64,000 bases of DNA from Desulfobacteraceae bacterium Eth-SRB1 (GTDB lineage: Bacteria > Desulfobacterota > Desulfobacteria > Desulfobacterales > ETH-SRB1): assembly GCA_004193555.1 (NCBI GenBank), contig RPGP01000029.1:140976-204975 (forward strand). The letters are read 5' to 3'. This document shows positions 1 to 8,683 of this stretch, one piece after another. Positions within the stretch are counted from its first letter, which is position 1. The number at the start of each line of letters is the position of its first letter. A program made the position numbers and the translations under genes. The notes under the pieces were generated by a model that ran no database searches, was not told the origin of the DNA, and worked only from the letters and a program-made list of their open reading frames with translations.

Positions 1-59
1 ATATCTACGCTCCTTTCATCGCTCCGGATAACGACACACCAACAAGGAAAATACAATGA
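1..59 (+). pseudogene. 3' end of an upstream ORF whose last residues (IYAPFIAPDNDTPTRKIQ*) duplicate HsdR residues about 24-38
   Basis: nt 1-47 align by eye to 1147-1193 (YIYAPSIAPDSETPER in hsdR). Its TGA (57-59) overlaps the rhuM ATG as ATGA. Confidence 0.4.
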
Positions 60-1084
60 AAAACAATTTGCCTGCTAAACAGTCAAACTTCCTTCTCTAC
101 ACAGGAAACGATGGGAAGGTGAATGTTGAAGTCTTTCTTAAAGACGAAACGGTTTGGCTTACGCAAAAGGCTATGGGCTTACTTTTTGGCGTTGAAAGCC
201 ACACGATCACCTATCATTTAAAAGAGATTTTCAGGTCAGGTGAACTTGATGAAAAAGCAACTACTCGAAAAATTCGAGCAGTTCAAAATGAAGGTAAAAG
301 GCAGGTAACAAGAAAACTTGATTTCTACAACCTCGATGCCATCATTTCGGTCGGTTACCGCGTCAACTCTTACCAGGCCACGCAGTTTCGCATCTGGGCT
401 ACCAGAACCCTGAAAGAATTCATCATCAAAGGGTTTGTTTTGGATGATGAGCGGCTCAAACAGGGCAATCAGGTTTTCGGTAAAGATTATTTTGATGAAC
501 TGTTGGAGCGTATACGGGAAATCCGAGCCAGTGAGCGACGCTTTTATCAAAAGATTACCGACATATATGCTCTCTCGGCTGATTATGATAAAAACGCGCT
601 TATTACCAAAGAGTTTTTTGCCACAGTTCAAAACAAGCTGCATTGGGCCATAACTGGAAAAACGGCTGCTGAAATCATTTATGATTCAGCAGATGCGACT
701 AAAATTTACATGGGTCTGACCAACTGGAAACATGCGCCGGACGATAAAATCTTAAAATCCGATGTTGCCGTTGCCAAAAATTACCTGAACAAAGCCCACA
801 TCAAGGAACTTAATCAGATCGTCTCAGCTTATCTTGATTTGGCGGAAAACAGAGCACAGCGGCAGATTTTGATGAAAATGACGGACTGGATTGAATTTCT
901 GCACAACTTTTTGGAATTGTCTAAGTATCCTATCTTACAGGACAAGGGTAAAGTCAGCGCATTGGAGGCCAGACTCAAAGCTGAACAGGAATATGAGGAG
1001 TACCGTATCGGGCAGGATAAAGACTATCTCTCTGATTTTGACAAAGAAATAAGGCGTATTACAGGCAAAAAAGATGGAAGATAA
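56..1084 (+). CDS. rhuM: RhuM-family protein
   Basis: N-terminal LLYTGNDGKVNVEV...ETVWLTQKAMGLLFG and YNLDAIISVGYRVNSYQATQFRIWATRTLKEFIIKGFVLDDERLKQG are typical of the RhuM family, which is often embedded in type I R-M loci. Confidence 0.85.
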   Translation: MKNNLPAKQSNFLLYTGNDGKVNVEVFLKDETVWLTQKAMGLLFGVESHTITYHLKEIFRSGELDEKATTRKIRAVQNEGKRQVTRKLDFYNLDAIISVGYRVNSYQATQFRIWATRTLKEFIIKGFVLDDERLKQGNQVFGKDYFDELLERIREIRASERRFYQKITDIYALSADYDKNALITKEFFATVQNKLHWAITGKTAAEIIYDSADATKIYMGLTNWKHAPDDKILKSDVAVAKNYLNKAHIKELNQIVSAYLDLAENRAQRQILMKMTDWIEFLHNFLELSKYPILQDKGKVSALEARLKAEQEYEEYRIGQDKDYLSDFDKEIRRITGKKDGR

Positions 1085-4000
1085 AATAACTGAAAATGCT
1101 ATTGAAAAATTTGCTATCGAACTCCTTGAAAAGCAGGGCTACCAATACATCTACGCCCCTTCCATCGCCCCGGACAGCGAGACACCGGAAAGAGAATCCT
1201 TTGAAGATGTGCTGCTCATGGAGCGATTGCAAACAGCCGTCGGCAGGATCAACCCGTCTATTCCAGCGGATATCCGGGAAGACGCTATCAAGCAGATTCT
1301 AAGGCTTAATTCACCGGAACTCATTGCTAACAATGAAGCATTTCACCGAATGCTGACAGAGGGAATAAAAGTCACTTATCAAAAAGACTGGGCCAGCCGG
1401 GGTGATCTGGTCTGGCTCATTGATTTCAAAAATCCGGAAAATAATGATTTTGTCGTTGCCAACCAATTCACCGTTATTGAAAACAATGTAAACAAACGGC
1501 CAGATGTAGTTCTTTTTGTGAACGGCCTGCCTCTGGTTGTTATTGAACTTAAAAATCCGGCTGATGAAAACGCAACCATAAGATCGGCATTCAAACAACT
1601 GCAAACATATAAACAGGAAATCCCCAGCCTGTTTATCTATAACGGCTTTATGATTATTTCCGATGGCTTGGAAGCAAAAGCCGGTTCTATTTCTGCTGGT
1701 TTAACCCGTTTTATGGCATGGAAAACATCGGACGGCAAAGTAGAAGCATCCCCATTGATCGGACGAGTGGAAACCCTGATAAAGGGAATGCTAAACAAAG
1801 AAACGCTTTTGGACGTCATCCGTCATTTTGTTGTGTTTGAAAGGTCAACAAAGTTGACTCCCTCCCTCAATCCCTCCCAGCGGGAGGGAAGCCATTATCG
1901 TGGTGGAATGAATTTCACCGGTATGATAAAACAAGTCAGAGATTTACGAAAAAATCAGACTGAAGCGGAAAGTATTTTTTGGGAGCTGGTGAGAAACAAA
2001 AAGTTCTTCGGATTGAAGTTTAGACGACAACATCAAATTGGACACTACATTGTTGATTTTTACTGTCACTCGGAGAAGTTGATAATTGAGTTAGATGGTG
2101 AAGTTCATAATATTCAGGAACAAAAGAACAAAGACGAGAAAAGGGATAAGTATCTGAAAAGTCTCGGCAATAGAATGTTGAGATTTAAAAATACAGAATT
2201 ATTTGAGAATACAGAAAATGTGCTGAAAACAATTGAAAAAAACCTCTCTCCCTCTGGGAGAGACGGAAGAGAGGGTGGTATAACGACAGTTACTACCATC
2301 AAAAAACTGGCTGCCTATCATCAATATTATGCTGTAAACAGAGCTGTTGAATCTACGTTAAGAGCCGCTGAATATTTGCCTGTGCAGAAAAAAACACAGC
2401 GGGAACAAATAGCGGAATCCCCTGAAAGTTATGGCCTGCCGGGTGTAAAAAAACAGCCTTCAGGAGACCGGAAAGGCGGCGTGGTATGGCACACTCAAGG
2501 AAGCGGCAAATCGCTTTCCATGGTTTTTTATACTGGAAAGATTGTCCTGGTAATGGATAACCCCACGGTTCTGGTCATTACCGACAGAAACGATCTGGAC
2601 GATCAGTTGTTTGATACCTTTGCCGCATCAAAACAACTGCTCAGGCAGGAACCGGTGCAGGCGGAAGACAGAGGCCACTTGAAGGAGCTGCTCAAAGTCG
2701 CATCTGGCGGAGTGGTGTTTACCACCATCCAGAAATTCCAACCCGATGAAGGCAATGTTTATGAAACCCTTTCGGAAAGAAGAAACATCATTGTCATTGC
2801 CGATGAAGCCCACCGGACTCAGTATGGTTTTAAAGCCAAGACCATTGATGCCAAAGATGAAAACGGCAATATTGTCGGTAAAAAAATTGTGTACGGTTTT
2901 GCCAAGTATCTGCGGGATGCGCTACCGAACGCTACTTATCTTGGCTTTACCGGAACGCCCATTGAAAGCACCGATGTTAACACCCCGGCTGTATTTGGCA
3001 ACTATGTTGATATTTACGATATCCTGCAAGCGGTTGATGATGGTGCAACAGTCAGAATCTTTTACGAAAGCAGACTGGCAAAGATTAACCTCAGTGAAGA
3101 AGGCAAGCAACTCATCAAAGATTTTGATGAGTTACCCCTCTCCCAACCTCTCCCAGAGGAAGAGGAGAGTTTGCTCCCTTCTCCTTCTGGGGGAAGGGCT
3201 GGGGATGGGGGTTTTGTTTCCAACAAAATCAAGGCCAAATGGACACAATTAGAAGCGCTCATCGGCAGTGAAGACCGGATAAAACAGGTTGCTCAAGATA
3301 TTATCAATCATTTTGAGCAGCGTCAGGAAGTTTTTGAAGGCAAGGCCATGATTGTTGCCATGTCCCGCCGGATCGCCGCCGATTTATACAAGGAAATCAT
3401 CAGCATCAGACCGCAATGGCATAACGACGATCTGAAAAAGGGCGTCATTAAAGTGGTAATGACATCCGCATCCTCTGATGGCCCTGAAATTTCCAAACAT
3501 TACACTACCAAAGATCAACGCAGAGCATTGGCCGACAGGATGAAAGACCCTGAAGATGAACTCAAACTGGTCATTGTCCGGGATATGTGGCTGACCGGTT
3601 TTGATGTGCCTTGCATGCACACTCTTTACATAGACAAACCCATGAAAGGCCATAATCTGATGCAGGCCATTGCGCGGATCAATCGCGTCTATAAGGATAA
3701 ACCCGGCGGGCTTGTGGTAGATTATCTTGGCATTGCGTCAGACCTTAAAAAAGCGTTGTCGTTTTATTCGGACAGCGGAGGGAAAGGCGACCCGGCAATC
3801 GCACAGGAAAAAGCGGTTCAAATGATGCTGGAGAAACTGGAAGTCGTTTCCCAGATGTTTCACGGGTTTGCCTATGAAGAATATTTCGAGGCTGACACAA
3901 GGGAAAAACTTTCTCTGATACTTGCCGCAGAAGAACATATTCTGGGCCTGGAAAACGGGAAAAAGCGATACATCAATGAGGTAAACGCCCTGTCCCGTGC

Positions 4001-4778
4001 TTTTTCCATTGCCATACCACACGAACAAGCCATGGATGTTAAAGATGAGGTCTCGTTTTTTCAGGCGGTAAAATCCCGATTGGCCAAATTTGACAGCACC
4101 GGCTTTGGCAAAACAGACGAAGAAGTTGAAACAGCGATTAGACAGGTTATTGACAAAGCATTGGTAACAGAAAAGGTTGTGGATGTTTTCGATGCCGCTG
4201 GAATCAACAAACCTGATATTTCAATACTTTCAGAAGAATTCCTTTTGGAAGTCAAAAACATGGAGCATAAAAATATTGCTCTGGAAGTTTTGAAAAAACT
4301 GCTGAATGACGAAATAAAGATGAGAACCAAAAAGAATCTGATACAAAGCAAATCCCTCATGGAAATGCTGGAAAATTCCATTAAGAAATATCACAACAAA
4401 ATTTTAACAGCAGCAGAAGTCATTGAAGAATTAATTGAATTGAGCAAAGAAATTCAGAAGATGGACAAAGAGCCTCAGGAAATGGGGCTGTCTGATTTTG
4501 AATATGCTTTTTATACGGCCATTGCCAATAACGACAGCGCTCGTGAGTTAATGGAAAAAGACAAGCTGAGGGAATTGGCAATTGTATTGTTTAAAAAGGT
4601 AAAGGCCAATGCTTCCATCGACTGGACAATCAAGGAAAGCGTAAAAGCAAAATTAAAGGTCATTGTAAAAAGAACATTACGGCAGTATGGCTATCCACCG
4701 GATATGCAGAAATTGGCAACTGAAACAGTTTTAAAACAAGCTGAATTAATAGCGGAAGAAATTACACGTGGAGAATAA
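1074..4778 (+). CDS. hsdR: Type I restriction enzyme R subunit (HsdR), 1234 aa, with two in-frame insertions
   Basis: PD-(D/E)XK nuclease core DVVLFVNGLPLVVIELK; helicase motifs TQGSGKS, DEAHRTQ, GFTGTP, MWLTGFDVP, QAIARINR; KKLAAYHQYYAVNRAV linker. The start overlaps the rhuM stop. Confidence 0.92.
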   Translation: MEDKITENAIEKFAIELLEKQGYQYIYAPSIAPDSETPERESFEDVLLMERLQTAVGRINPSIPADIREDAIKQILRLNSPELIANNEAFHRMLTEGIKVTYQKDWASRGDLVWLIDFKNPENNDFVVANQFTVIENNVNKRPDVVLFVNGLPLVVIELKNPADENATIRSAFKQLQTYKQEIPSLFIYNGFMIISDGLEAKAGSISAGLTRFMAWKTSDGKVEASPLIGRVETLIKGMLNKETLLDVIRHFVVFERSTKLTPSLNPSQREGSHYRGGMNFTGMIKQVRDLRKNQTEAESIFWELVRNKKFFGLKFRRQHQIGHYIVDFYCHSEKLIIELDGEVHNIQEQKNKDEKRDKYLKSLGNRMLRFKNTELFENTENVLKTIEKNLSPSGRDGREGGITTVTTIKKLAAYHQYYAVNRAVESTLRAAEYLPVQKKTQREQIAESPESYGLPGVKKQPSGDRKGGVVWHTQGSGKSLSMVFYTGKIVLVMDNPTVLVITDRNDLDDQLFDTFAASKQLLRQEPVQAEDRGHLKELLKVASGGVVFTTIQKFQPDEGNVYETLSERRNIIVIADEAHRTQYGFKAKTIDAKDENGNIVGKKIVYGFAKYLRDALPNATYLGFTGTPIESTDVNTPAVFGNYVDIYDILQAVDDGATVRIFYESRLAKINLSEEGKQLIKDFDELPLSQPLPEEEESLLPSPSGGRAGDGGFVSNKIKAKWTQLEALIGSEDRIKQVAQDIINHFEQRQEVFEGKAMIVAMSRRIAADLYKEIISIRPQWHNDDLKKGVIKVVMTSASSDGPEISKHYTTKDQRRALADRMKDPEDELKLVIVRDMWLTGFDVPCMHTLYIDKPMKGHNLMQAIARINRVYKDKPGGLVVDYLGIASDLKKALSFYSDSGGKGDPAIAQEKAVQMMLEKLEVVSQMFHGFAYEEYFEADTREKLSLILAAEEHILGLENGKKRYINEVNALSRAFSIAIPHEQAMDVKDEVSFFQAVKSRLAKFDSTGFGKTDEEVETAIRQVIDKALVTEKVVDVFDAAGINKPDISILSEEFLLEVKNMEHKNIALEVLKKLLNDEIKMRTKKNLIQSKSLMEMLENSIKKYHNKILTAAEVIEELIELSKEIQKMDKEPQEMGLSDFEYAFYTAIANNDSARELMEKDKLRELAIVLFKKVKANASIDWTIKESVKAKLKVIVKRTLRQYGYPPDMQKLATETVLKQAELIAEEITRGE
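1857..2279 (+). mobile_element. In-frame, hairpin-flanked cassette encoding a DUF559 (Vsr-like) endonuclease domain inside hsdR
   Basis: LRKNQTEAESIFWELVRNKKFFGLKFRRQHQIGHYIVDFYCHSEKLIIELDGEVH...RDKYLKSLGNRMLRFKN matches DUF559. It is flanked by hairpins tccctccc-agc-gggaggga (1871-1889) and ctctccc-tct-gggagag (2246-2262). It interrupts the HsdR nuclease-helicase linker. Boundaries are approximate. Confidence 0.7.
3133..3213 (+). repeat. Solo-end (endonuclease-less) derivative of the same cassette, in frame in hsdR (about 27 codons, PLSQPLPEEEESLLPSPSGGRAGDGGF)
   Basis: ctctcccaacctctcccagaggaagaggagag plus ctcccttctccttctgggggaagggctggggatgggg resemble the left and right ends of the 1857-2279 cassette placed side by side. 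Confidence 0.6.
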
Positions 4779-5052
4779 CCATTTTGGCCATAGTCTGTTC
4801 GGCGGTAAAAATCACGAGGGAAATCGAATAAAAGGACTAACAGACGCATGGGGGAGATATTCGGGACATACTGAACTATTCAACTTAATTAATGATGTGC
4901 AATATGTTATTCGGATTACACGCCTAAAAAATTACGAATAGATATTCCTGAAGCTTTGCACTATATAATTGATATGGGATCTGTACAATCCATTTCCTAT
5001 GACCTTCGAAGCTGAAAACGGAGTTTGAAGAGCAGTTTATAGAGGTGAGAAA

Positions 5053-5463
5053 ATGAGTGAGAAGGATATACGCTGGAAACAGCGATTTCAGAATTTTGAG
5101 AAAGCATATATGCGTTTGAAAGAAGCAATGGAAATGGAAGAATTAAACGAACTTGAAAGAAATGGATTGATTCAGCGTTTTGAGTTTACACTTGATCTTT
5201 CGTGGAAGGTAATGAAAGATTTTTTGGAAGAAAAAGGATTTGTTTTTAAACCTTCACCCAAAGACACATTGCGGATGGCCCAACAGAGCAATTATATTAC
5301 TTATGCGCAAGAGCTGATTGATGGGTTAGATATAAGAAATGAGCTTTCACATGATTATAGCGGTGAAAAATTTGAACGTTTGGAGCAGAAATTAAGAGAA
5401 GAAACCTTTGTTGCATTAGAAAAACTGCACCTTTTTTTTGTAAATGAAAAAACAAATGGTTAG
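5053..5463 (+). CDS. HI0074-family nucleotidyltransferase substrate-binding protein (HEPN toxin-like)
   Basis: RWKQRFQNFEKAY...RFEFTLDLSWKVMKDFL...RNELSHDY is typical of the HI0074/HEPN family. It is paired with an MNT gene. Confidence 0.8.
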   Translation: MSEKDIRWKQRFQNFEKAYMRLKEAMEMEELNELERNGLIQRFEFTLDLSWKVMKDFLEEKGFVFKPSPKDTLRMAQQSNYITYAQELIDGLDIRNELSHDYSGEKFERLEQKLREETFVALEKLHLFFVNEKTNG

Positions 5464-5821
5464 GCCCAATTATCCCATGAATAAAAAAGAAAAAAATGTT
5501 TTTGGACTTACCGATAGGGATATTAGAACATTTCAGGATATTTTTAAAAAATACCCTGGCGTGAAAAACGTTTTTATATTTGGGAGCAGGGCTAAGGGAA
5601 CTTACAAGCAAGGTAGTGATATTGACCTGGCAATAATGAATGAAGGGGTGAAAGATACGGTTACCGGCAAAATGAAAAGCGATTTTGAAGACAGCAGCCT
5701 GCCCTATACCGTTGATTTGGTAAACTACCACACCATAAAACATCCCGAACTGAAAAATCATATTGATAGGGTTGGAGTGGCTTTTTATGAAAAAATGGGG
5801 GATAAAGATAAAACTATTTGA
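5444..5821 (+). CDS. Minimal nucleotidyltransferase (MNT antitoxin-like)
   Basis: The FIFGSRAKGTYKQGSDIDLAI motif (GS...DxD). The start could instead be the ATG at 5477. Confidence 0.8.
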   Translation: MKKQMVRPNYPMNKKEKNVFGLTDRDIRTFQDIFKKYPGVKNVFIFGSRAKGTYKQGSDIDLAIMNEGVKDTVTGKMKSDFEDSSLPYTVDLVNYHTIKHPELKNHIDRVGVAFYEKMGDKDKTI

Positions 5822-5860
5822 GAAGAATTCCCAGGATGGAACCCTGGTGGGAAGAGATAG

Positions 5861-6115
5861 ATGACAAAAGAGAATAAGGACAAGTTAAAAAATCAGCGCG
5901 TGTTTCAGCATACAAACGGCAGCTACATCCTGCTCACAAAGGCAGGCAGGGCGGTTTCCTTTCGGGTTGATGAACGAGATCGGATTCATGTTTTGGAAGA
6001 GCTGGAAGGTGTTGACTTTAAGGCAACCGGAACCCAGTTGAAGAAAGAAGGGTGGCGATGCATCGGGCCGGGGATTGAATTTGATGCGTTGCTTAAAGAA
6101 GAAAGTTTGAAATAA
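5861..6115 (+). CDS. Hypothetical protein (84 aa)
   Basis: ORF only; no motif recognised. Confidence 0.35.
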   Translation: MTKENKDKLKNQRVFQHTNGSYILLTKAGRAVSFRVDERDRIHVLEELEGVDFKATGTQLKKEGWRCIGPGIEFDALLKEESLK

Positions 6116-6171
6116 TAAAGGATTGATTGTTTGCAACCATTTGACGATGTCAATAGTAAAGGAGAACAGAT

Positions 6172-6426
6172 ATGCCGTTATTTGATTTTTTATGTTTGGA
6201 CTGCGGAAAACAGAGCGAAATACTCGTAACCGGTTCAAGTGATAAACCGCGATGCCTGGCGTGCGGCAGCAGGAACCTTGATAAATTACTTTCCGCTCAT
6301 TCATCATTGTCAGGGCCTTCCCATAACAGTATGCCCGGTCCCGGCGACACAACATGTTGCGGGTCCAGCCCGAGCGAAGCGGGATGCGCAGGTCCCGGAA
6401 GTTGTTGCGGGCATAAGCCGTCCTAA
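6172..6426 (+). CDS. FmdB-family zinc-ribbon protein
   Basis: MPLFDFLCLDCGK...PRCLACGS (CxxC...CxxC) with a Cys/Gly/Ser-rich tail; GGAG-like RBS upstream. Confidence 0.75.
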   Translation: MPLFDFLCLDCGKQSEILVTGSSDKPRCLACGSRNLDKLLSAHSSLSGPSHNSMPGPGDTTCCGSSPSEAGCAGPGSCCGHKPS

Positions 6427-6704
6427 AATAAATATGGATTATCTCCCGATTAGTTGTAGTTAAGGCAAAAAAGCGGATTATCTCCAATTGAGCAGGTGTG
6501 ATCACAGAGGGTGCAAGGGGTCAAGGATTCAAGGGTTCAAGTGACACGTAATGAAGCGAAAACGCCAACCATAAATTCGGGCAATCTCCGGAAACATAAT
6601 CGGATTGTGAGCGCTAGAACTTATTGAGAAGTTACCAATTTATATCCTGAATATCCGGTAATCCTGTCAAAAAATATATTTTAAGAACAAAAGTAGTACG
6701 AATT

Positions 6705-7316
6705 ATGAATTCTTACCACAAAGAGCAGTCAGATGCGCTGGAAATGGTGCAGCGGTATCTTGCGGGCATTTCCGTGCCGGAAAGGAAAAAGCTTGAAGCA
6801 GAGGTGTCGGATTATCTTTTGTTCCGGGATGAGGTTGGCTTTTTTCTTTCCACCCATTTCAGTGAAGTCTGCACTCAAAAATGCTACCAGAGTAAACTGA
6901 GCGCCTGTTGTTCCCGTGAAGGAATTATTACTTTTTTTGGGGAATTTGTTGTCGATGCTCTGGTTTCTCAGGAAAAGGAGATTAAAGTGCTGCTGTCTGT
7001 CTTGAAAAAGCCGAATGAGGGGTTTAAGTGTGTCTATCTTGGAGAAAACGGGTGCATGTGGAAAGTAAAACCGATTGTCTGTGAGATGTTTCTCTGTGAG
7101 CAGGCAAAAAAAGATGTGTTTGGTTTAAATCCTGGCGCCGCGCAGGTATGGGAAGAGCTGAAAAAGAGAAAAAAGCTGTATACATGGCCGGACAGGACAG
7201 TACTGTTTGATACACTTGAGAACTATTTTCTGAATGCAGGATATTTATCACCTCTTATGTATATGCACAATAGTCCCGGACTGTTGCGTGTGAAGCGCAG
7301 GGCGCAGGTTGTATGA
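6705..7316 (+). CDS. Cysteine-rich hypothetical protein (possible Fe-S/Zn binding, loosely YkgJ-like)
   Basis: C-x3-C-x7-CC, then C-x8-C-x9-C-x4-C. It overlaps the helicase gene start by 8 nt. Confidence 0.5.
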   Translation: MNSYHKEQSDALEMVQRYLAGISVPERKKLEAEVSDYLLFRDEVGFFLSTHFSEVCTQKCYQSKLSACCSREGIITFFGEFVVDALVSQEKEIKVLLSVLKKPNEGFKCVYLGENGCMWKVKPIVCEMFLCEQAKKDVFGLNPGAAQVWEELKKRKKLYTWPDRTVLFDTLENYFLNAGYLSPLMYMHNSPGLLRVKRRAQVV

Positions 7317-8679
7317 TATTTTGAAAATTACCATTAAAAATAATCTCCGCCTTATCGATATTCCGCCGGACTTCAGAAAAATTCTAATTAAAAAGCTAAC
7401 CGTTTCTAATCCCAAATGGATTGAAAACGCGAGAATGAGCCGCTGGAACAGGGGCACTCCAAAGGTGTTGCAGTTTTATGATAAAACCAAAGCAGACGGC
7501 TTGTGGATTCCACGCGGTTATATGCGTCAGTTGGTATTGCTGTGCAGACATTACGGCATAAAACATCAACTTGACGACCAGAGGCGCGCCTTGGAGATAG
7601 TGGATTTTAATTTTGCCGGCAGGTTGAAGCAATTCCAGAAGGAAGCTGTCAATGTTATGCTTGCAAAAGACTTTGGCACATTGTGCGCTCCCACTGGAAG
7701 CGGGAAAACAGTAATGGCTTTGAATATGATAGCAGCGCGTCGACAGCCTGCATTGATTGTGGTGCACACAAAAGATCTGGCTTTTCAATGGGTTGACCGG
7801 ATAAGCGCTTTTCTTGGAATTCCGGCCGATGATGTTGGTTTTATAGGCGGGGGAAAGAAAAATATAGGGCAAAAGGTCACTGTCGCGCTTGTGCAGTCAC
7901 TTTATAAATTTGCTGAAACAGCGGCTAAAAAAACAGGCTTTCTCATCGTTGATGAATGTCATCGGTGCCCAAGCAGGACATTTACAGAAGCTGTAACCTG
8001 TTTTGATTCTAAATATATGCTCGGACTGTCTGCCACACCCTGGAGGCGTGACAATCTGTCAAAATTAATATTCTGGCATCTCGGAGATGTGCATCACGAG
8101 GTGGATAAAAACCGTTTGATTGAAAAAGGATATGTTCTGTCTGCTGAAGTAATAGTCAGGGAAACAGATTTTGAGCCATATTATGATCCGGTAAATGAAT
8201 ACAGCAAAATGCTTTCAGAACTTACGACGGATGATGTTAGAAACAGGCTTATAGCTTCGGACGTAGCGCTGGAATCACGGAATATTGCAGGTGTATGTCT
8301 AATTATGTCTGACAGGAAGAAACACTGCGAGACTCTCCAGGCGCTTTTAAAATATAAGCACAAAGTGGCATCCGAACTGCTGACAGGAGATCTTAAAGAC
8401 AGCGAGAGGCAGAAGGTGCTTGAAAGATTGAATCAGGGACAGGTCAAGGTGCTTATTGCCACAGGCCAGTTGATAGGGGAGGGGTTTGACTGTAAGAATT
8501 TGTCAACCCTGTTTTTTGCAACCCCTGTCCGGTTTAGCGGCCGTGTGATACAATACCTTGGAAGGGTACTCAGGCCGGCGCCGGGAAAGCAGAAAGCAAT
8601 GGTTTATGATTATGTTGATGTTAAGGTTGATGTTTTGAGAAAGGCCGCTATGGCGAGGCAAAAGGTATATAACAGCTAA
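7309..8679 (+). CDS. SF2 DEAD/DEAH-box helicase (XPB/Rad25-like, 456 aa)
   Basis: APTGSGKT (motif I), VDECHR (II), SATP (III), TGQLIGEGFD (V), QYLGRVLR (VI). Confidence 0.85.
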   Translation: MYDILKITIKNNLRLIDIPPDFRKILIKKLTVSNPKWIENARMSRWNRGTPKVLQFYDKTKADGLWIPRGYMRQLVLLCRHYGIKHQLDDQRRALEIVDFNFAGRLKQFQKEAVNVMLAKDFGTLCAPTGSGKTVMALNMIAARRQPALIVVHTKDLAFQWVDRISAFLGIPADDVGFIGGGKKNIGQKVTVALVQSLYKFAETAAKKTGFLIVDECHRCPSRTFTEAVTCFDSKYMLGLSATPWRRDNLSKLIFWHLGDVHHEVDKNRLIEKGYVLSAEVIVRETDFEPYYDPVNEYSKMLSELTTDDVRNRLIASDVALESRNIAGVCLIMSDRKKHCETLQALLKYKHKVASELLTGDLKDSERQKVLERLNQGQVKVLIATGQLIGEGFDCKNLSTLFFATPVRFSGRVIQYLGRVLRPAPGKQKAMVYDYVDVKVDVLRKAAMARQKVYNS

Positions 8680-8683
8680 ATAC

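Noticed and set aside
5885-6505. A 206-aa minus-strand ORF spanning two plus-strand ORFs.
   Set aside because: The plus-strand 6172-6426 product is a clear FmdB-type zinc ribbon with an RBS. The minus ORF has no motifs and a low-complexity composition.
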